Positions 40,743-51,080 of a DNA stretch of 64,000 bases are shown here, piece after piece (the first letter of the stretch is position 1; each line of letters starts with the position of its first letter). Source of the stretch: Acidimicrobiia bacterium. GTDB lineage: Bacteria; Actinomycetota; Acidimicrobiia; Spongiisociales; ZC4RG35. Made by a program: the position numbers and the translations under genes. The stretch spans positions 320,001 to 384,000 of the forward strand of contig OZ244034.1 of NCBI GenBank assembly GCA_965215185.1. Direction: 5' to 3'. Under the pieces are notes generated by a model, which saw only the letters and a list, made by a program, of their open reading frames with translations, was not told where the DNA came from and did not search any database.

Positions 40743-41711
40743 TCACGTTCCAGCACCGACCGAAGCCATCGTTCGCGGGTCGACTAGTCCTTGAATAACG
40801 TCGCTGACGAGACTGATCGCGACGAACAAGAGACCGGTGAACAATACGACAGTCTGGATGACGGGTATGTCTCGCGCCGCAATCGCCTGAAAGACGAGAA
40901 AGCCCACACCCGGCCATGCAAAGACGACCTCAACAAACAAAGTGGCCGTGAATATAAACCCAAGCTGTAAACCGCTCACGTTTGCGATGGGGGCCACGAT
41001 GTTTCTAACACCGTGACGAAACACGATAGAGGCTTCGGTTATACCTCTTGCTCTCGCTGCCTGAATGTACGGTTGATCCAATGCATGAGCTAGCTCGGAC
41101 CTCGTCAAACGGAAGATCACTGCCATCGGAATTAGGGCAGCCGTCACTGATGGAAGAGCGGCGTGATGGAGCAAGTCCACTACGTCTGACTCGGCTCCCA
41201 CCGTGCCAATCCCTGACACAGGGAAGATTCCCAGCCTTACACTGAAGATCCACACAAGAACCAAGCCGAGCCAGTACACCGGGGCACTCGCCAGTACGAC
41301 AGCGAATGTAGTCATGATTCTGTCAACCGGAGAAAAGCGCTTCACTGCTGCCAGGATCCCACCAAAGAAGCCGAGAACGAACGCTATGGCAAAACTCAAG
41401 GCAACCAAGATCGCGCTGTTTACAACTGCTTGTCCGAAGATCTCTGAGACGGGTGTCTGGTATCTAACGGACGTACCAAAATCACCTTGAACGAAGAGAC
41501 CGAGCCATTTCACATACTGTACCGGCCAAGGCTGGTCCCATCCCAGACTCCTTAGCAGCGCTTCACGAGCCTCTGGTCCAGCGAAGGGACCAAGAAGGAA
41601 GGAACTTGGATCCCCTGGCACAAGCTTCATAAGAAGGAACCCAACAACCGAGATACCGACCAGCATCGGCAAGATAGCAAGCGCCCGCCTGCCTATCATT
41701 GGTACTATCAC
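40743..41711 (-). CDS. Peptide-type ABC permease (DppB-like)
   Basis: VPGDP, GDFGTS, AARARG, EVVFAWPG. Confidence 0.9.
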   Translation of the reverse strand: MIVPMIGRRALAILPMLVGISVVGFLLMKLVPGDPSSFLLGPFAGPEAREALLRSLGWDQPWPVQYVKWLGLFVQGDFGTSVRYQTPVSEIFGQAVVNSAILVALSFAIAFVLGFFGGILAAVKRFSPVDRIMTTFAVVLASAPVYWLGLVLVWIFSVRLGIFPVSGIGTVGAESDVVDLLHHAALPSVTAALIPMAVIFRLTRSELAHALDQPYIQAARARGITEASIVFRHGVRNIVAPIANVSGLQLGFIFTATLFVEVVFAWPGVGFLVFQAIAARDIPVIQTVVLFTGLLFVAISLVSDVIQGLVDPRTMASVGAGT

Positions 41712-41886
41712 GCTGATAACTTAATCGTTTCCTCAAGACTGCCACAGAACGTGGAGATCTGGTTTAGCTGAGAGGACCCCGGTTCATCAAGTGCCCGCTG
41801 GGGCTGAACTGGAACCACCTGCACCCTCTTTCATCGGACGATTGCCACCATGCTCCGGTCTCCTGAGCAACTGTGGATGACCGCTC

Positions 41887-41922
41887 TCGCATGGGATGGG
41901 GCCGAGACCCCATCCCATGCGA
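41887..41922 (-). terminator. 15-bp perfect stem-loop after the SBP gene (attenuator or mRNA stabiliser)
   Basis: TCGCATGGGATGGGG-CCGAGA-CCCCATCCCATGCGA. Confidence 0.7.
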
Positions 41923-41947
41923 TTACGAGACAGACTTGAGTCAACTA

Positions 41948-43675
41948 TCAACGGTCAAGCCACACAATGGAGTAGTCCACAACCCAGTCCCCGGTTCGAA
42001 TGAAGCCATTGACATCCGCCGCCATCGCGAGAGGGAAAGTATCTGACACGATGGGGGCATGGAAGGCCAGTTCGTGACCTCTACGAGCGGCTGCTTCGAT
42101 GAACTCACTGGCTTCTTCTTGACTTGCAGCTTCATTGGCAGCTATCAAGAGCGAGTCATATTCTCCATCAATCAGCCCTCCCGAGTTGATACCTGCAGAC
42201 GGTGACGTGGACTCATACAGCCAGTAGTCGGAGTTGTCCCCCCACGATATCTGGTTCATATCGACGTCATCCGGCATACCTGTGTACCACCGGCCAACGT
42301 ACGTATTCCATTCGTAAGTACGAAGCTCCAGATCTATTCCGATTTCGGCCAGGTCTCGCTGAATCCATTCAGCCATCTGTACAGGCAAGATCTGCCCGGA
42401 TCCCGATGTCGACGTCTCAAACACCGCGTCAAACCCACCCTCATAGCCTGCTTCGGCAAGGAGCTCGCGCGCTCGCTCTGGGTCGTACTCATACCCCGCC
42501 CAATCTGGTACAGGGTTGAATGTCGCCGACGTAGACGAGCAGAAGCAGATAGCCGCCTCAACTGTACCGACAAGCAGTTCCGCCGCCATGCCATCTCTGT
42601 CGATCGCCAGATTGACGGCTTGTCGAACTCTCGGATCGTCAAAGGGTGGCCGCCTGTGCTGGAATTCTATATACCAAAGATGCGGAGTCGGGCCCGATGC
42701 AATCTTGAAACCGTCGTCTTCAAGCTCAAGTATCTGATCCGGAGGCACGACACGGATCATGTCGACTTCGCCGGCCCTCAGGGCGTTGACGCGACCAGAC
42801 TCATCTTCAATCGGTCGGAATATCAGTTCATCCACGTAGGGATGGGGAGTCCTCCAATAGTCCCGGTTTGCCTCCAGAGTCAAATGCTGTCCTCTTACCC
42901 ACTCGACGAACTTGAAGGGACCGGTGCCAATGGGATGATCCGCGACCTCTTCGCCATACTCAATAACAGCTGCGGGGCTAATCATCCATGGATGACCCAG
43001 ACCTGTTGTGGTGGCGAGCTTCTCAATGAAGAACCCAAAGGGTGCTGACAGGACGAACTGAACCGTGAATTCATCAACGACTTCAACAGCCTCGAGATTC
43101 TGGAATACTGTCGCGGCAAGCCCTGACAGTCCTTCTCCGATGTAATGATCGAAGCTTGGATCCCACACCCTGCGCACATTGAACTCGACAGCTCCCGCAT
43201 CAAAGGGCGTCCCATCATGGAAGGTCACACCCTCGCGCAGTGAGAATGTGTGGATCAAGCCATCCGGACTCGATTCCCACTCGGTGGCTAGCCGTGGCAC
43301 GATCTCGGGCGGGCTGCCATCGTTTGGAACGGTGTAATCGGCAGTAATGAGCTTCTCAAAGATCTGCTCGTTGACTTCATGCGTCTGTCCTCCCGAACTC
43401 CGATGTGGATCGAGAGTGCTGATCGTTGCTTCCAGCGCTACTATGAGAGTCCCTCCCTGCTGAGCCTCTGAATCGGCGCTTGTCTCAGCGGGCGCCGTCG
43501 TCTCAGGGGGCGCCGTCGTCTCAGGGGGCGCCGTCGTCTCAGGGGGTGCCGTCGTCTCAGCGGGCGCCGTCGTCTCAGCAGCAGCATCTGCCGCTTCGTC
43601 CCCGTCGTCGCCGCAGGCCGCAGCCAGCAACGCCAAGACAGCCATAAGGGCAATGGCTACTTTGAATTTCTTCAT
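41948..43675 (-). CDS. Family 5 ABC substrate-binding lipoprotein
   Basis: Lipobox AAAC, LREGVTFHDG, PIGTGPF, RVRQA. Confidence 0.92.
   Translation of the reverse strand: MKKFKVAIALMAVLALLAAACGDDGDEAADAAAETTAPAETTAPPETTAPPETTAPPETTAPAETSADSEAQQGGTLIVALEATISTLDPHRSSGGQTHEVNEQIFEKLITADYTVPNDGSPPEIVPRLATEWESSPDGLIHTFSLREGVTFHDGTPFDAGAVEFNVRRVWDPSFDHYIGEGLSGLAATVFQNLEAVEVVDEFTVQFVLSAPFGFFIEKLATTTGLGHPWMISPAAVIEYGEEVADHPIGTGPFKFVEWVRGQHLTLEANRDYWRTPHPYVDELIFRPIEDESGRVNALRAGEVDMIRVVPPDQILELEDDGFKIASGPTPHLWYIEFQHRRPPFDDPRVRQAVNLAIDRDGMAAELLVGTVEAAICFCSSTSATFNPVPDWAGYEYDPERARELLAEAGYEGGFDAVFETSTSGSGQILPVQMAEWIQRDLAEIGIDLELRTYEWNTYVGRWYTGMPDDVDMNQISWGDNSDYWLYESTSPSAGINSGGLIDGEYDSLLIAANEAASQEEASEFIEAAARRGHELAFHAPIVSDTFPLAMAADVNGFIRTGDWVVDYSIVWLDR
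43482..43579. repeat. 18-bp coding tandem repeat (about 5.5 units) encoding an ETTAP(P/A) linker
   Basis: GTCTCAG(C/G)GG(C/T)GCCGTC-type units inside the SBP gene. Confidence 0.9.
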
Positions 43676-43840
43676 TGCTTATTCCTTCCTGCCGGGTGCT
43701 CGTCGGGCCAACGGCACTCGACTAAAAAAAGTGACCTGGGTCGGCAGATCAGCCGACCTCCAGTTCTAAATATATAGCTGGGTCTATCAATTCTTCCCTC
43801 GCAGGGGCATTATTTCTTGGGCACATCTCAAAAATTGAGT

Positions 43841-44177
43841 GTTGTTGGGGTTGGTGAATCCGTGAGCGACGCGTCGTGGGACCTGGAGGAGGTTGTTGAT
43901 CCCTTCGATGGGTCCGTTCGATGCTCGTCTGCTGGTGTGGTAGGCCAAGATCTCTTCTCCCCACGCGATGATCGTGTCCACGATGTCGCGGTATTCGCGG
44001 ATCTGGCCTGTGGCGTAGAGATCAGCGAACCGTCCCAGAGCCTCGTTGGCCTGATCGAGGTCGCCGGCTTCGTAGAGTTGGTAGAGTTCCTGGAGCGCGT
44101 CCCACGCGGTACGGAGACGTGGATGAGCGTCGACCAGCCGGTCGAGGTGCGCCTGGTGGGCGTCGCTGAGATGATCC
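43841..44177 (-). mobile_element. ISL3-family transposase 3' fragment
   Basis: Reverse complement of 48523-48859; encodes SNGPIEGINN; sits in the divergent SBP/hydantoinase promoter region. Confidence 0.85.
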
Positions 44178-44230
44178 AGTACACTACATCAGTTACAATC
44201 GTCTGGAGAGTCAAAGTGATTGATCTTGAT

Positions 44231-45961
44231 ATGAGGCTAGACCCGATTCAGTTTGAGGTGATTCGAAATGCTCTGCTTGAGATCACCGAAGAAATGAGCG
44301 CCACCGTTAGGCGTAGCGCGTATTCCACGAACATCAAGACGAGAGCCGATTTCTCATGTGCCCTGTATGACGAGCACCTTCGCGTCGTCGCTCAGTCGTT
44401 CGCCCAGCCGACCCACCTTGGATCGGCCGTCGAAGTGGTGCCCAACGCCATCCGCGAATACGGTGCTGACAACATTGGACCTGGCGATAGCATCGTCCTG
44501 AATCACCCTTACATCGGTGGAGGACACCTAAACGATGTGACCCTCATCTCTCCGGTGTGGTACAAGAATCGTCGACTCGGATATGTAGCCAACATCGCCC
44601 ATCACGTTGACGTCGGCGGGGGAGCTCCATCCAGTATCGGAGCATTTACGGAGGTATTCCAGGAGGGGGTGATCATCCCGCCTCTGAAATTGGTGCGTAG
44701 CGGAGAGGTCGTTGACGAGATCTTCCAACTCATTCTGTCTCAGATACGCTCGAAGCGGGAGTTCGCGGGCGACTTTCGTGCCCAGATCGCCTCAAATCAA
44801 GCTGGAATCCATAGGCTAACGGCATTACTAGACCGTTTCGGCCCTGAAGTAGTCGAGACTGGGATCGAACAGATTCTGTCCTACACGGAACAGCGTATTC
44901 GAGTCGAGGTGGGAGCTCTTCCGCGTGGCGTTTTCACGGCAGAGGGCTACGTGGATACTGACGGGTACACGGCTGATCCTGTTCGACTTGCTGTCAAGGT
45001 TGTCGTCGATGACGACGGTGTGCTATTTGATTTCGATGGCTCGGATCGTCAGCGGAAAGCGCCAGTGAACGCTACGTTCGCGATGACGTTCGCGACGTGT
45101 GCGTACGTCCTCAAGGCATTGACCGATCCCGATGTGCCAGTGAATGCGGGATTCTACGGCGCAGTACGCATAAACGCACCCGCAGGGTCCGTCGTGAATT
45201 GCGTGTATCCTGCTCCCGTAGTGGGGGGATGGGAAACTCAGATGAGACTCACAGACATCATTTTCAAGGCGTTGTCCCCCGCACTGCCTGAGATGATTCC
45301 CGCAGGTACAGAGGGGATGATCTGCCACGCTGGTTTTGGCGGAGAGGACCCTCGTACTGGCGAGTATTACTGCTTCCTTGAGACGCTCGCTGGCGGTTAT
45401 GGGGGTAGGGCTAAGAGTGACGGTCCCGACGCAGTCCAATGCCATGGGAAGAACACTGAGAACGCTCCAATCGAGGAGACCGAATCGAGTTACCCCGTCA
45501 GGATCGTTCGTTATGAGTTGGTAGAGAACTCAGAAGGTGCGGGAAGACACAGGGGGGGACTTGGGCTACGACGTGACTATCTTTTTCCCGATCATGAAGT
45601 GTCCTTCACAGTCCTCGCTGACCGGGATCGCTGGGGCCCACACGGGCTGTTCGGAGGACTTCCGGGAACTAAGGCTGAGTACGTACTCGTCTCGAAAGGC
45701 GAGACCAGCAAGGTCGGCGCTAAGTCAACCTTGCAGTTGAAGCCAGGGGACCTCGTCAGTTACCGAACCTGTGGCGGTGGGGGCTTTGGCCCGCCAAGTG
45801 AGAGGGATCCGGTCAGTGTTCTTGCCGACGTAAGAGATGGAAAAGTCAGTGCCGAGAGAGCACGAGAGGTCTACCGCGTGATGATTGATCCCAAGGATCT
45901 GGTCATAGACGAAGAGCAAACCAGTGTTCTTAGGGGTTCCAATAGCGTGGATAAGCAGTGA
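44231..45961 (+). CDS. Hydantoinase B / 5-oxoprolinase family protein
   Basis: LDPIQFEVIRNAL, DFSCAL, GGHLND, HHVDVGG, EGAGRHRGG; the ORF-track N-terminal extension is antisense ISL3. Confidence 0.92.
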   Translation: MRLDPIQFEVIRNALLEITEEMSATVRRSAYSTNIKTRADFSCALYDEHLRVVAQSFAQPTHLGSAVEVVPNAIREYGADNIGPGDSIVLNHPYIGGGHLNDVTLISPVWYKNRRLGYVANIAHHVDVGGGAPSSIGAFTEVFQEGVIIPPLKLVRSGEVVDEIFQLILSQIRSKREFAGDFRAQIASNQAGIHRLTALLDRFGPEVVETGIEQILSYTEQRIRVEVGALPRGVFTAEGYVDTDGYTADPVRLAVKVVVDDDGVLFDFDGSDRQRKAPVNATFAMTFATCAYVLKALTDPDVPVNAGFYGAVRINAPAGSVVNCVYPAPVVGGWETQMRLTDIIFKALSPALPEMIPAGTEGMICHAGFGGEDPRTGEYYCFLETLAGGYGGRAKSDGPDAVQCHGKNTENAPIEETESSYPVRIVRYELVENSEGAGRHRGGLGLRRDYLFPDHEVSFTVLADRDRWGPHGLFGGLPGTKAEYVLVSKGETSKVGAKSTLQLKPGDLVSYRTCGGGGFGPPSERDPVSVLADVRDGKVSAERAREVYRVMIDPKDLVIDEEQTSVLRGSNSVDKQ

Positions 45962-46004
45962 AGACGCGCCCTTCACGACCTGATTGAATGGGAGCAAGGC
46001 GAGC

Positions 46005-48101
46005 ATGACAAGCCGGATTGGAATTGACATTGGTGGCACGTTCACAGATGCAATTGTGATTAACGAAGCAACTGGCGAGATTTTCATCGACAAGGTCACT
46101 TCCACTCCTCGTGATCCATCGATTGGTTTTCTACAGGCGACCAATCGGATATTGGAACGCAATGAGCTGGACCCAAGCTCTATAGCATATCTAGTTCATG
46201 GTACGACTGTTGCTACCAATGCAATTATTGAGAATAGTCTGGCGAAATCTGCGTTTATCACGACGGATGGATTCAGGGATATGCTTGAGATTGGACGGCA
46301 GAATCGCCCCGTACTGTATGACCTTGGGTTTGAGAAACTTCGACCGCTGGTACCGCGCTATTTGTGTTTTGAGATACGAGAGCGGCTCGATGCCTCGGGC
46401 AATGTTGTCGTTCCAATTCATGTGGAAGATGTCAAATCAGTGGCCCGAAAGATAAAGGAGGAGGAAGTTGAGTCAATCGCTGTGTGTCTTCTGCATGCAC
46501 ATATCAATCCAGTTCATGAGGTAACCGTTGGCGAAATACTACGGTCCATGCTTCCAGAGACGGCCGTTTCGCTTTCGAGCGAGGTGGCACCAGAATTTCG
46601 GGAGTATTTCCGCGCCAGCACCACAACGATCAATGCTGGAATTCGCCCAATCGTTTCGCGATATCTTGAGAGTATCGAGAGTCGCCTTCGAGCTGAAAGC
46701 ATGACAGGTGAGCTTCTTGTGATGCAAAGCAATGGGGGACTGCAGACGTTCGAGGTAGCGGCCGAGAAGCCAGTATTCATGGTGGAGTCGGGGCCGGCCG
46801 CCGGAGTCATGGCGGCGACCTACCTCGGAGAATCGCTCGGGTTCAGCAACATGATCTCGCTGGATATGGGCGGGACCACGGCAAAAGTCGGCCTGATTCT
46901 GGATGGCGTACCGAACGTGACAAAGGATTACGAGGTGGGCGCAACCGCCCGACCAGGAATGGGGAGTGGTCGCGGTTCGGGCTATCCGATTCGTACTCCT
47001 GTCATTGACCTGGTTGAGATCGGAGCCGGAGGTGGATCAATCGCTTGGGTGGATTCAGGCGGTGCACTAAGGGTGGGGCCAAGAAGTGCTGGCGCTGATC
47101 CGGGCCCAGCGTGCTACGGCTGGGGCGGCCTGGAGCCGACGGTGACTGATGCCAACCTCGTCCTCGGACGGCTGAACCCCGAGTACTTCCTCGGCGGCGA
47201 GATAAAGCTCGACGTCGAGAGGGCTTCGGAGGCGATCGAAGGATTGGCATCCCAGTTAGGCATGGATCTAATCGATGCAGCTTACGGAATCTTGGAGATT
47301 GCCAATGCCGCAATGGTGAATGCCCTGAGGTTGATCTCCATACAACGTGGATATGACCCGCGCGAATTCGCTCTTGTCGCCTTCGGTGGAGCCGGTCCTT
47401 TGCACAGTGGAAGAATCGCCATCGAACTCGGATTCTCTCACACCATCGTGCCGCTTAGCCCTGGCATCTTCTCGGCATTGGGACTTCTCGTGACTGATCT
47501 GAAGCACGACTTCTCGAGAACGGTTCTGCAGAACGTCGAAAGACTTGATCTGACGATCATCGAAGGGCTTTTTCAAGAGCTGGAAAAAGAGGGCCGTGAC
47601 CTACTTGGGCGTGAAGGCGTCAAGGAGGAGGATGTTCAAGTTCGACGTTACGCTGAAATGCGCTACGTCGGTCAGAGCTATGAGCTCTCCCTCGACCTTC
47701 CAGATGGCGTTCTCACTCATAGCGACTTGGATCAGATCCTCGACCAGTTCGCCAAAGAGCATGATCGGGTCTACGGGTTCAGCGTCCCAGGTGAACCCGT
47801 AGAGATCGTCAACATACGTTTGAGTACCCTCGGCGACATTCGCAAGCCTAGACTGAGAGAAATCGGGAACAGTGGAACTGGGTTGGAATCTGCACACAAG
47901 GGAGCCCGATCTGTCTATTTCGACGAGAGCGGCGGATACATTGAGTGCCCCATATTCGACCGTTACAAGCTTGCTCAGGGCATTTCACTGATCGGTCCAG
48001 CCATAATCGAAGAACCGGATTCTACGACGGTTGTGCATCCCGGCTACAGCGTGAACATCGATCAATATGGAAACCTGTTGTTGACCTCGGATGACGGATA
48101 G
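46005..48101 (+). CDS. Hydantoinase A / 5-oxoprolinase family protein
   Basis: IDIGGTFTD, HGTTVATN, SGPAAG, DMGGTT, IGAGGGS, FGGAGPLH. Confidence 0.92.
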   Translation: MTSRIGIDIGGTFTDAIVINEATGEIFIDKVTSTPRDPSIGFLQATNRILERNELDPSSIAYLVHGTTVATNAIIENSLAKSAFITTDGFRDMLEIGRQNRPVLYDLGFEKLRPLVPRYLCFEIRERLDASGNVVVPIHVEDVKSVARKIKEEEVESIAVCLLHAHINPVHEVTVGEILRSMLPETAVSLSSEVAPEFREYFRASTTTINAGIRPIVSRYLESIESRLRAESMTGELLVMQSNGGLQTFEVAAEKPVFMVESGPAAGVMAATYLGESLGFSNMISLDMGGTTAKVGLILDGVPNVTKDYEVGATARPGMGSGRGSGYPIRTPVIDLVEIGAGGGSIAWVDSGGALRVGPRSAGADPGPACYGWGGLEPTVTDANLVLGRLNPEYFLGGEIKLDVERASEAIEGLASQLGMDLIDAAYGILEIANAAMVNALRLISIQRGYDPREFALVAFGGAGPLHSGRIAIELGFSHTIVPLSPGIFSALGLLVTDLKHDFSRTVLQNVERLDLTIIEGLFQELEKEGRDLLGREGVKEEDVQVRRYAEMRYVGQSYELSLDLPDGVLTHSDLDQILDQFAKEHDRVYGFSVPGEPVEIVNIRLSTLGDIRKPRLREIGNSGTGLESAHKGARSVYFDESGGYIECPIFDRYKLAQGISLIGPAIIEEPDSTTVVHPGYSVNIDQYGNLLLTSDDG

Positions 48102-48188
48102 CCGGAGAGGCTCGTCACGCCGAACAGAGAGCTGACTGCTTCGCCAAGGTTGCTCTAACGCAAATCACGCGCACGCCGGAAACCAGTT

Positions 48189-48936
48189 GGCCCTGCGCGG
48201 AAATGTGGGGTTGGGTGGGTTGAAATCCTTGGATTGGGGGTGAGGCCTCGCTGGAATCGGTAAAGTACCAACTCGCCGATTCGAGGAGGCCTCGATGTCT
48301 GATGTTATGTCTGTTCGTCTGCACTTGTCGGGTTCGCGTTAGGAGCGATCGCGCAGTATCTACCGGACGGTCTTCACGTACTCGATCGTTTTCACGTGGC
48401 GCGCTGGTTCACCGAAGGCCTCACCCTGGTACGACGCGAGATACAACGCCGCCCCCTGATCAGCGTCCGCCGACCTACGAACCGGATCTGTTCCGGGCCC
48501 GCTTCACGCTCCTGCGGCGCGCGGATCATCTCAGCGACGCCCACCAGGCGCACCTCGACCGGCTGGTCGACGCTCATCCACGTCTCCGTACCGCGTGGGA
48601 CGCGCTCCAGGAACTCTACCAACTCTACGAAGCCGGCGACCTCGATCAGGCCAACGAGGCTCTGGGACGGTTCGCTGATCTCTACGCCACAGGCCAGATC
48701 CGCGAATACCGCGACATCGTGGACACGATCATCGCGTGGGGAGAAGAGATCTTGGCCTACCACACCAGCAGACGAGCATCGAACGGACCCATCGAAGGGA
48801 TCAACAACCTCCTCCAAGTCCTATGACGCGTCGCTCACGGGTTCACCAACCCCAACAACTACGCAGCCCGAGCGATCCTCGTAACATGACCTCAACACCG
48901 AGCACAGCATGCCAAAACCCACGATTTCGCGCAGCC
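48189..48936 (+). mobile_element. Internally deleted ISL3-family element (non-autonomous)
   Basis: Imperfect terminal IRs (GGccCTGCGCGGAAATGTGGG / CCCACGATTTCGCGCAGCC); start MSDVMSVRLHL joined to VLDRFHV..SNGPIEGINN with a frameshift and premature stop. Confidence 0.75.
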
Positions 48937-49213
48937 TCATCCGTTCCACTACTGGCTAGAGACCCTCTGAGTCATGATGGCTGGCAGGACTGAGTGGTAT
49001 CACGACACTCACATAGAATGTAGCTCAGACCGGCTACGCACACCCGCATCCCAAGCAGAGGAGAAACAGCAACACCGTGTCGACGAATCAGACCGGGCGA
49101 GCCTACGAGGAAGTGAAGGATCCGTTGCGGCTGGCAGGCGGAATATCGATCAGCATTCCAAGGCTGAGAACGTGGATTCGGGATCGGAGTAGAAACCTGT
49201 TGCTGTCCGGTGC

Positions 49214-49534
49214 CTAATCAGTAGTTATCTTAACTCCGAGGAGTGGAGCGTGCTGCTGACAACCGTACACGTCCCGATCCCTGGGGCTACCAGAAACCGC
49301 TGGTCGTACGATTGTGATCTTGAGGCCTCGAGCTGAATCGTGCCATGCAAGGTTGATTACATCGCTCTTGTCGATTCCGTAGCACCGCGAAACCAAAGAA
49401 TCGGTAATGATGCCCGACATCTTCACTTGACTAAACGCCTCGGCGCTATCAAAAAATACATCAAAAGTCAGCAAATACGGCCCAGCATTCTTGCTTCTGA
49501 GGATGCTTGCGACCTCGCCCAGGGTCGTGTTCAT
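49214..49534 (-). CDS. DUF4387 domain protein
   Basis: LRSKNAGPYLLTFD and DVYGCQQHAPL. Confidence 0.85.
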   Translation of the reverse strand: MNTTLGEVASILRSKNAGPYLLTFDVFFDSAEAFSQVKMSGIITDSLVSRCYGIDKSDVINLAWHDSARGLKITIVRPAVSGSPRDRDVYGCQQHAPLLGVKITTD

Positions 49535-49535
49535 A

Positions 49536-50900
49536 TCAGCTATAGCTCCCAACAGCTACTTCAAAACATTCATCTGGCGAGTCGAGAGTCATCAAGTGAT
49601 GCACGCTGAACTCATAGACCGGCCCGCACGATAGGGTTCCCGGCGCAAGAGGGTATGCCAAGTTAGCCGCAGTTGCCTTGATACCAGGATACTTGAAGTG
49701 ATCGATCGATGACCGGACGAAGGCAACGATGGTATCTGCCAGCGTTTGCGACTCAGCGACAACCCTGATTAGGAGGCCTACTTCGTGAGCGGGGATTGGG
49801 GTGGGTTCTAGATGTCCCATCACTCCATCTCGTCCATACACTACAAAATCGAGATCAAAGTCGTCACTAAACCGCTGGGCGGTAGCCTCGTGGACGGCGT
49901 CGACGATCAAATCAATATTGGATATGAAATACGGATCTCGTGCGCCAGCAATAGTGATCGAACGATATCCACGCTGGGTGGCACCCTCGATGAGCACTTC
50001 ATACCGATCACTCTCGCACCATTCACTCCCGGAGATGTTGACCCACCCATCCTGGGCTTGCTCGAATTCACTGTTTCCCATCCAGACGTGCCCACCGGGC
50101 AAGTACAATCTGGCTGGGTCTGATTCCTCATAAAAGCTTTGGGCGGCGACAGAACGGGGTGAGCAGACGATGGAGTGTTTGGGCGAGCCGACCGTGAAAT
50201 GGTCTTCCCTGATTATTCCCGTCATGGACTCGGCGGCACCATGGTCTGCCTCAGAACACATGGCACCACATTCGAGAATCTGACCCATGTGCCAAGCTAG
50301 GCCCTTGGGATAGCCTTCCCTAATCGCCAAAGCAGCAAAAATTGCGGCATCGCAGCTTCGGCCAGCGATCACGAGATCTGGTTCGAGATCGAGTGCCTCC
50401 ACTATTTGTTCGACACCCATTAGGCCGACTATGTGAGTCGTTTCTTCGATCGTTTGGACGGAAAGTTGCTCCTCTGGCCCCAGACTTCTTATCTTGCCGG
50501 CACGGAGTTTTCGCTTGATGTAATCCTTGTGCAGCTCTGAACGAACGGTTGCGATGCGGAGGCTCCATCCACACTCACGAGCAATTTCGTGGGCGATGTC
50601 AAGCATCCATTCGATCCCAAAGTCAGACCCGGACGTTCCAGCGGAGCCGATAACCACGGGAATGCGCCGTGAGCGGCTGGCAGTCAGAATCCTGCCTAGG
50701 TCGTCGGCCGTTGTGGATCGTGCTGCCTCCACAATGCCCCCACCCAGATTGTGTGGACCAGAGTCTGTTGAGCCTGCATCAATTCCTATGACGTGCGGGT
50801 TCAGAGCTAAGTTCATTTCGAAGCTGTCATCAGGGAATCCGAAACCCAGCATGCCCGTAGGGACTAGAGTCCGTAGCTCTCGACTTGCCCTGTGGACCAT
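49536..50900 (-). CDS. AtuA/DUF1446 family protein
   Basis: PTGMLGFG, DAGSTDSGP, AGRSCDAA, ILECGA, VYEFS; paired with DUF4387. Confidence 0.85.
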   Translation of the reverse strand: MVHRASRELRTLVPTGMLGFGFPDDSFEMNLALNPHVIGIDAGSTDSGPHNLGGGIVEAARSTTADDLGRILTASRSRRIPVVIGSAGTSGSDFGIEWMLDIAHEIARECGWSLRIATVRSELHKDYIKRKLRAGKIRSLGPEEQLSVQTIEETTHIVGLMGVEQIVEALDLEPDLVIAGRSCDAAIFAALAIREGYPKGLAWHMGQILECGAMCSEADHGAAESMTGIIREDHFTVGSPKHSIVCSPRSVAAQSFYEESDPARLYLPGGHVWMGNSEFEQAQDGWVNISGSEWCESDRYEVLIEGATQRGYRSITIAGARDPYFISNIDLIVDAVHEATAQRFSDDFDLDFVVYGRDGVMGHLEPTPIPAHEVGLLIRVVAESQTLADTIVAFVRSSIDHFKYPGIKATAANLAYPLAPGTLSCGPVYEFSVHHLMTLDSPDECFEVAVGSYS

Positions 50901-51080
50901 TTCTCTCCTCTGCCGATCCGCACTCCGTCTTTGGTGTGCCAGTTACTATAGCGGCTCTTCGATGCTCCTATGGTTGTCAAATCGATGCTTCTATGTTTGC
51001 CAAATCGAGTTTTTGGGGTCGGGGTTTAGTTTGGCCGGTTTAGGGGGTTTGGGGTGTTGGTGGTGGGTTTTGGAGGAGTC

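Larger units (their letters stand above)
34721..50950. mobile_element. Putative horizontally acquired catabolic island
   Basis: Visibly more A/T-rich codon usage than flanks, truncated kinase on the left, IS110 nest on the right, internal ISL3 remnants; no integrase seen. Confidence 0.6.

Noticed and set aside
43482-43579. Tandem repeat as a phase-variation locus
   Set aside because: In-frame 18-bp units encoding an ordinary Thr/Pro linker after a lipobox
43817-44230. 138-aa N-terminal extension of hydantoinase B in the ORF track
   Set aside because: Mostly the antisense reading of the ISL3 fragment; family similarity starts at MRLDP (44231)
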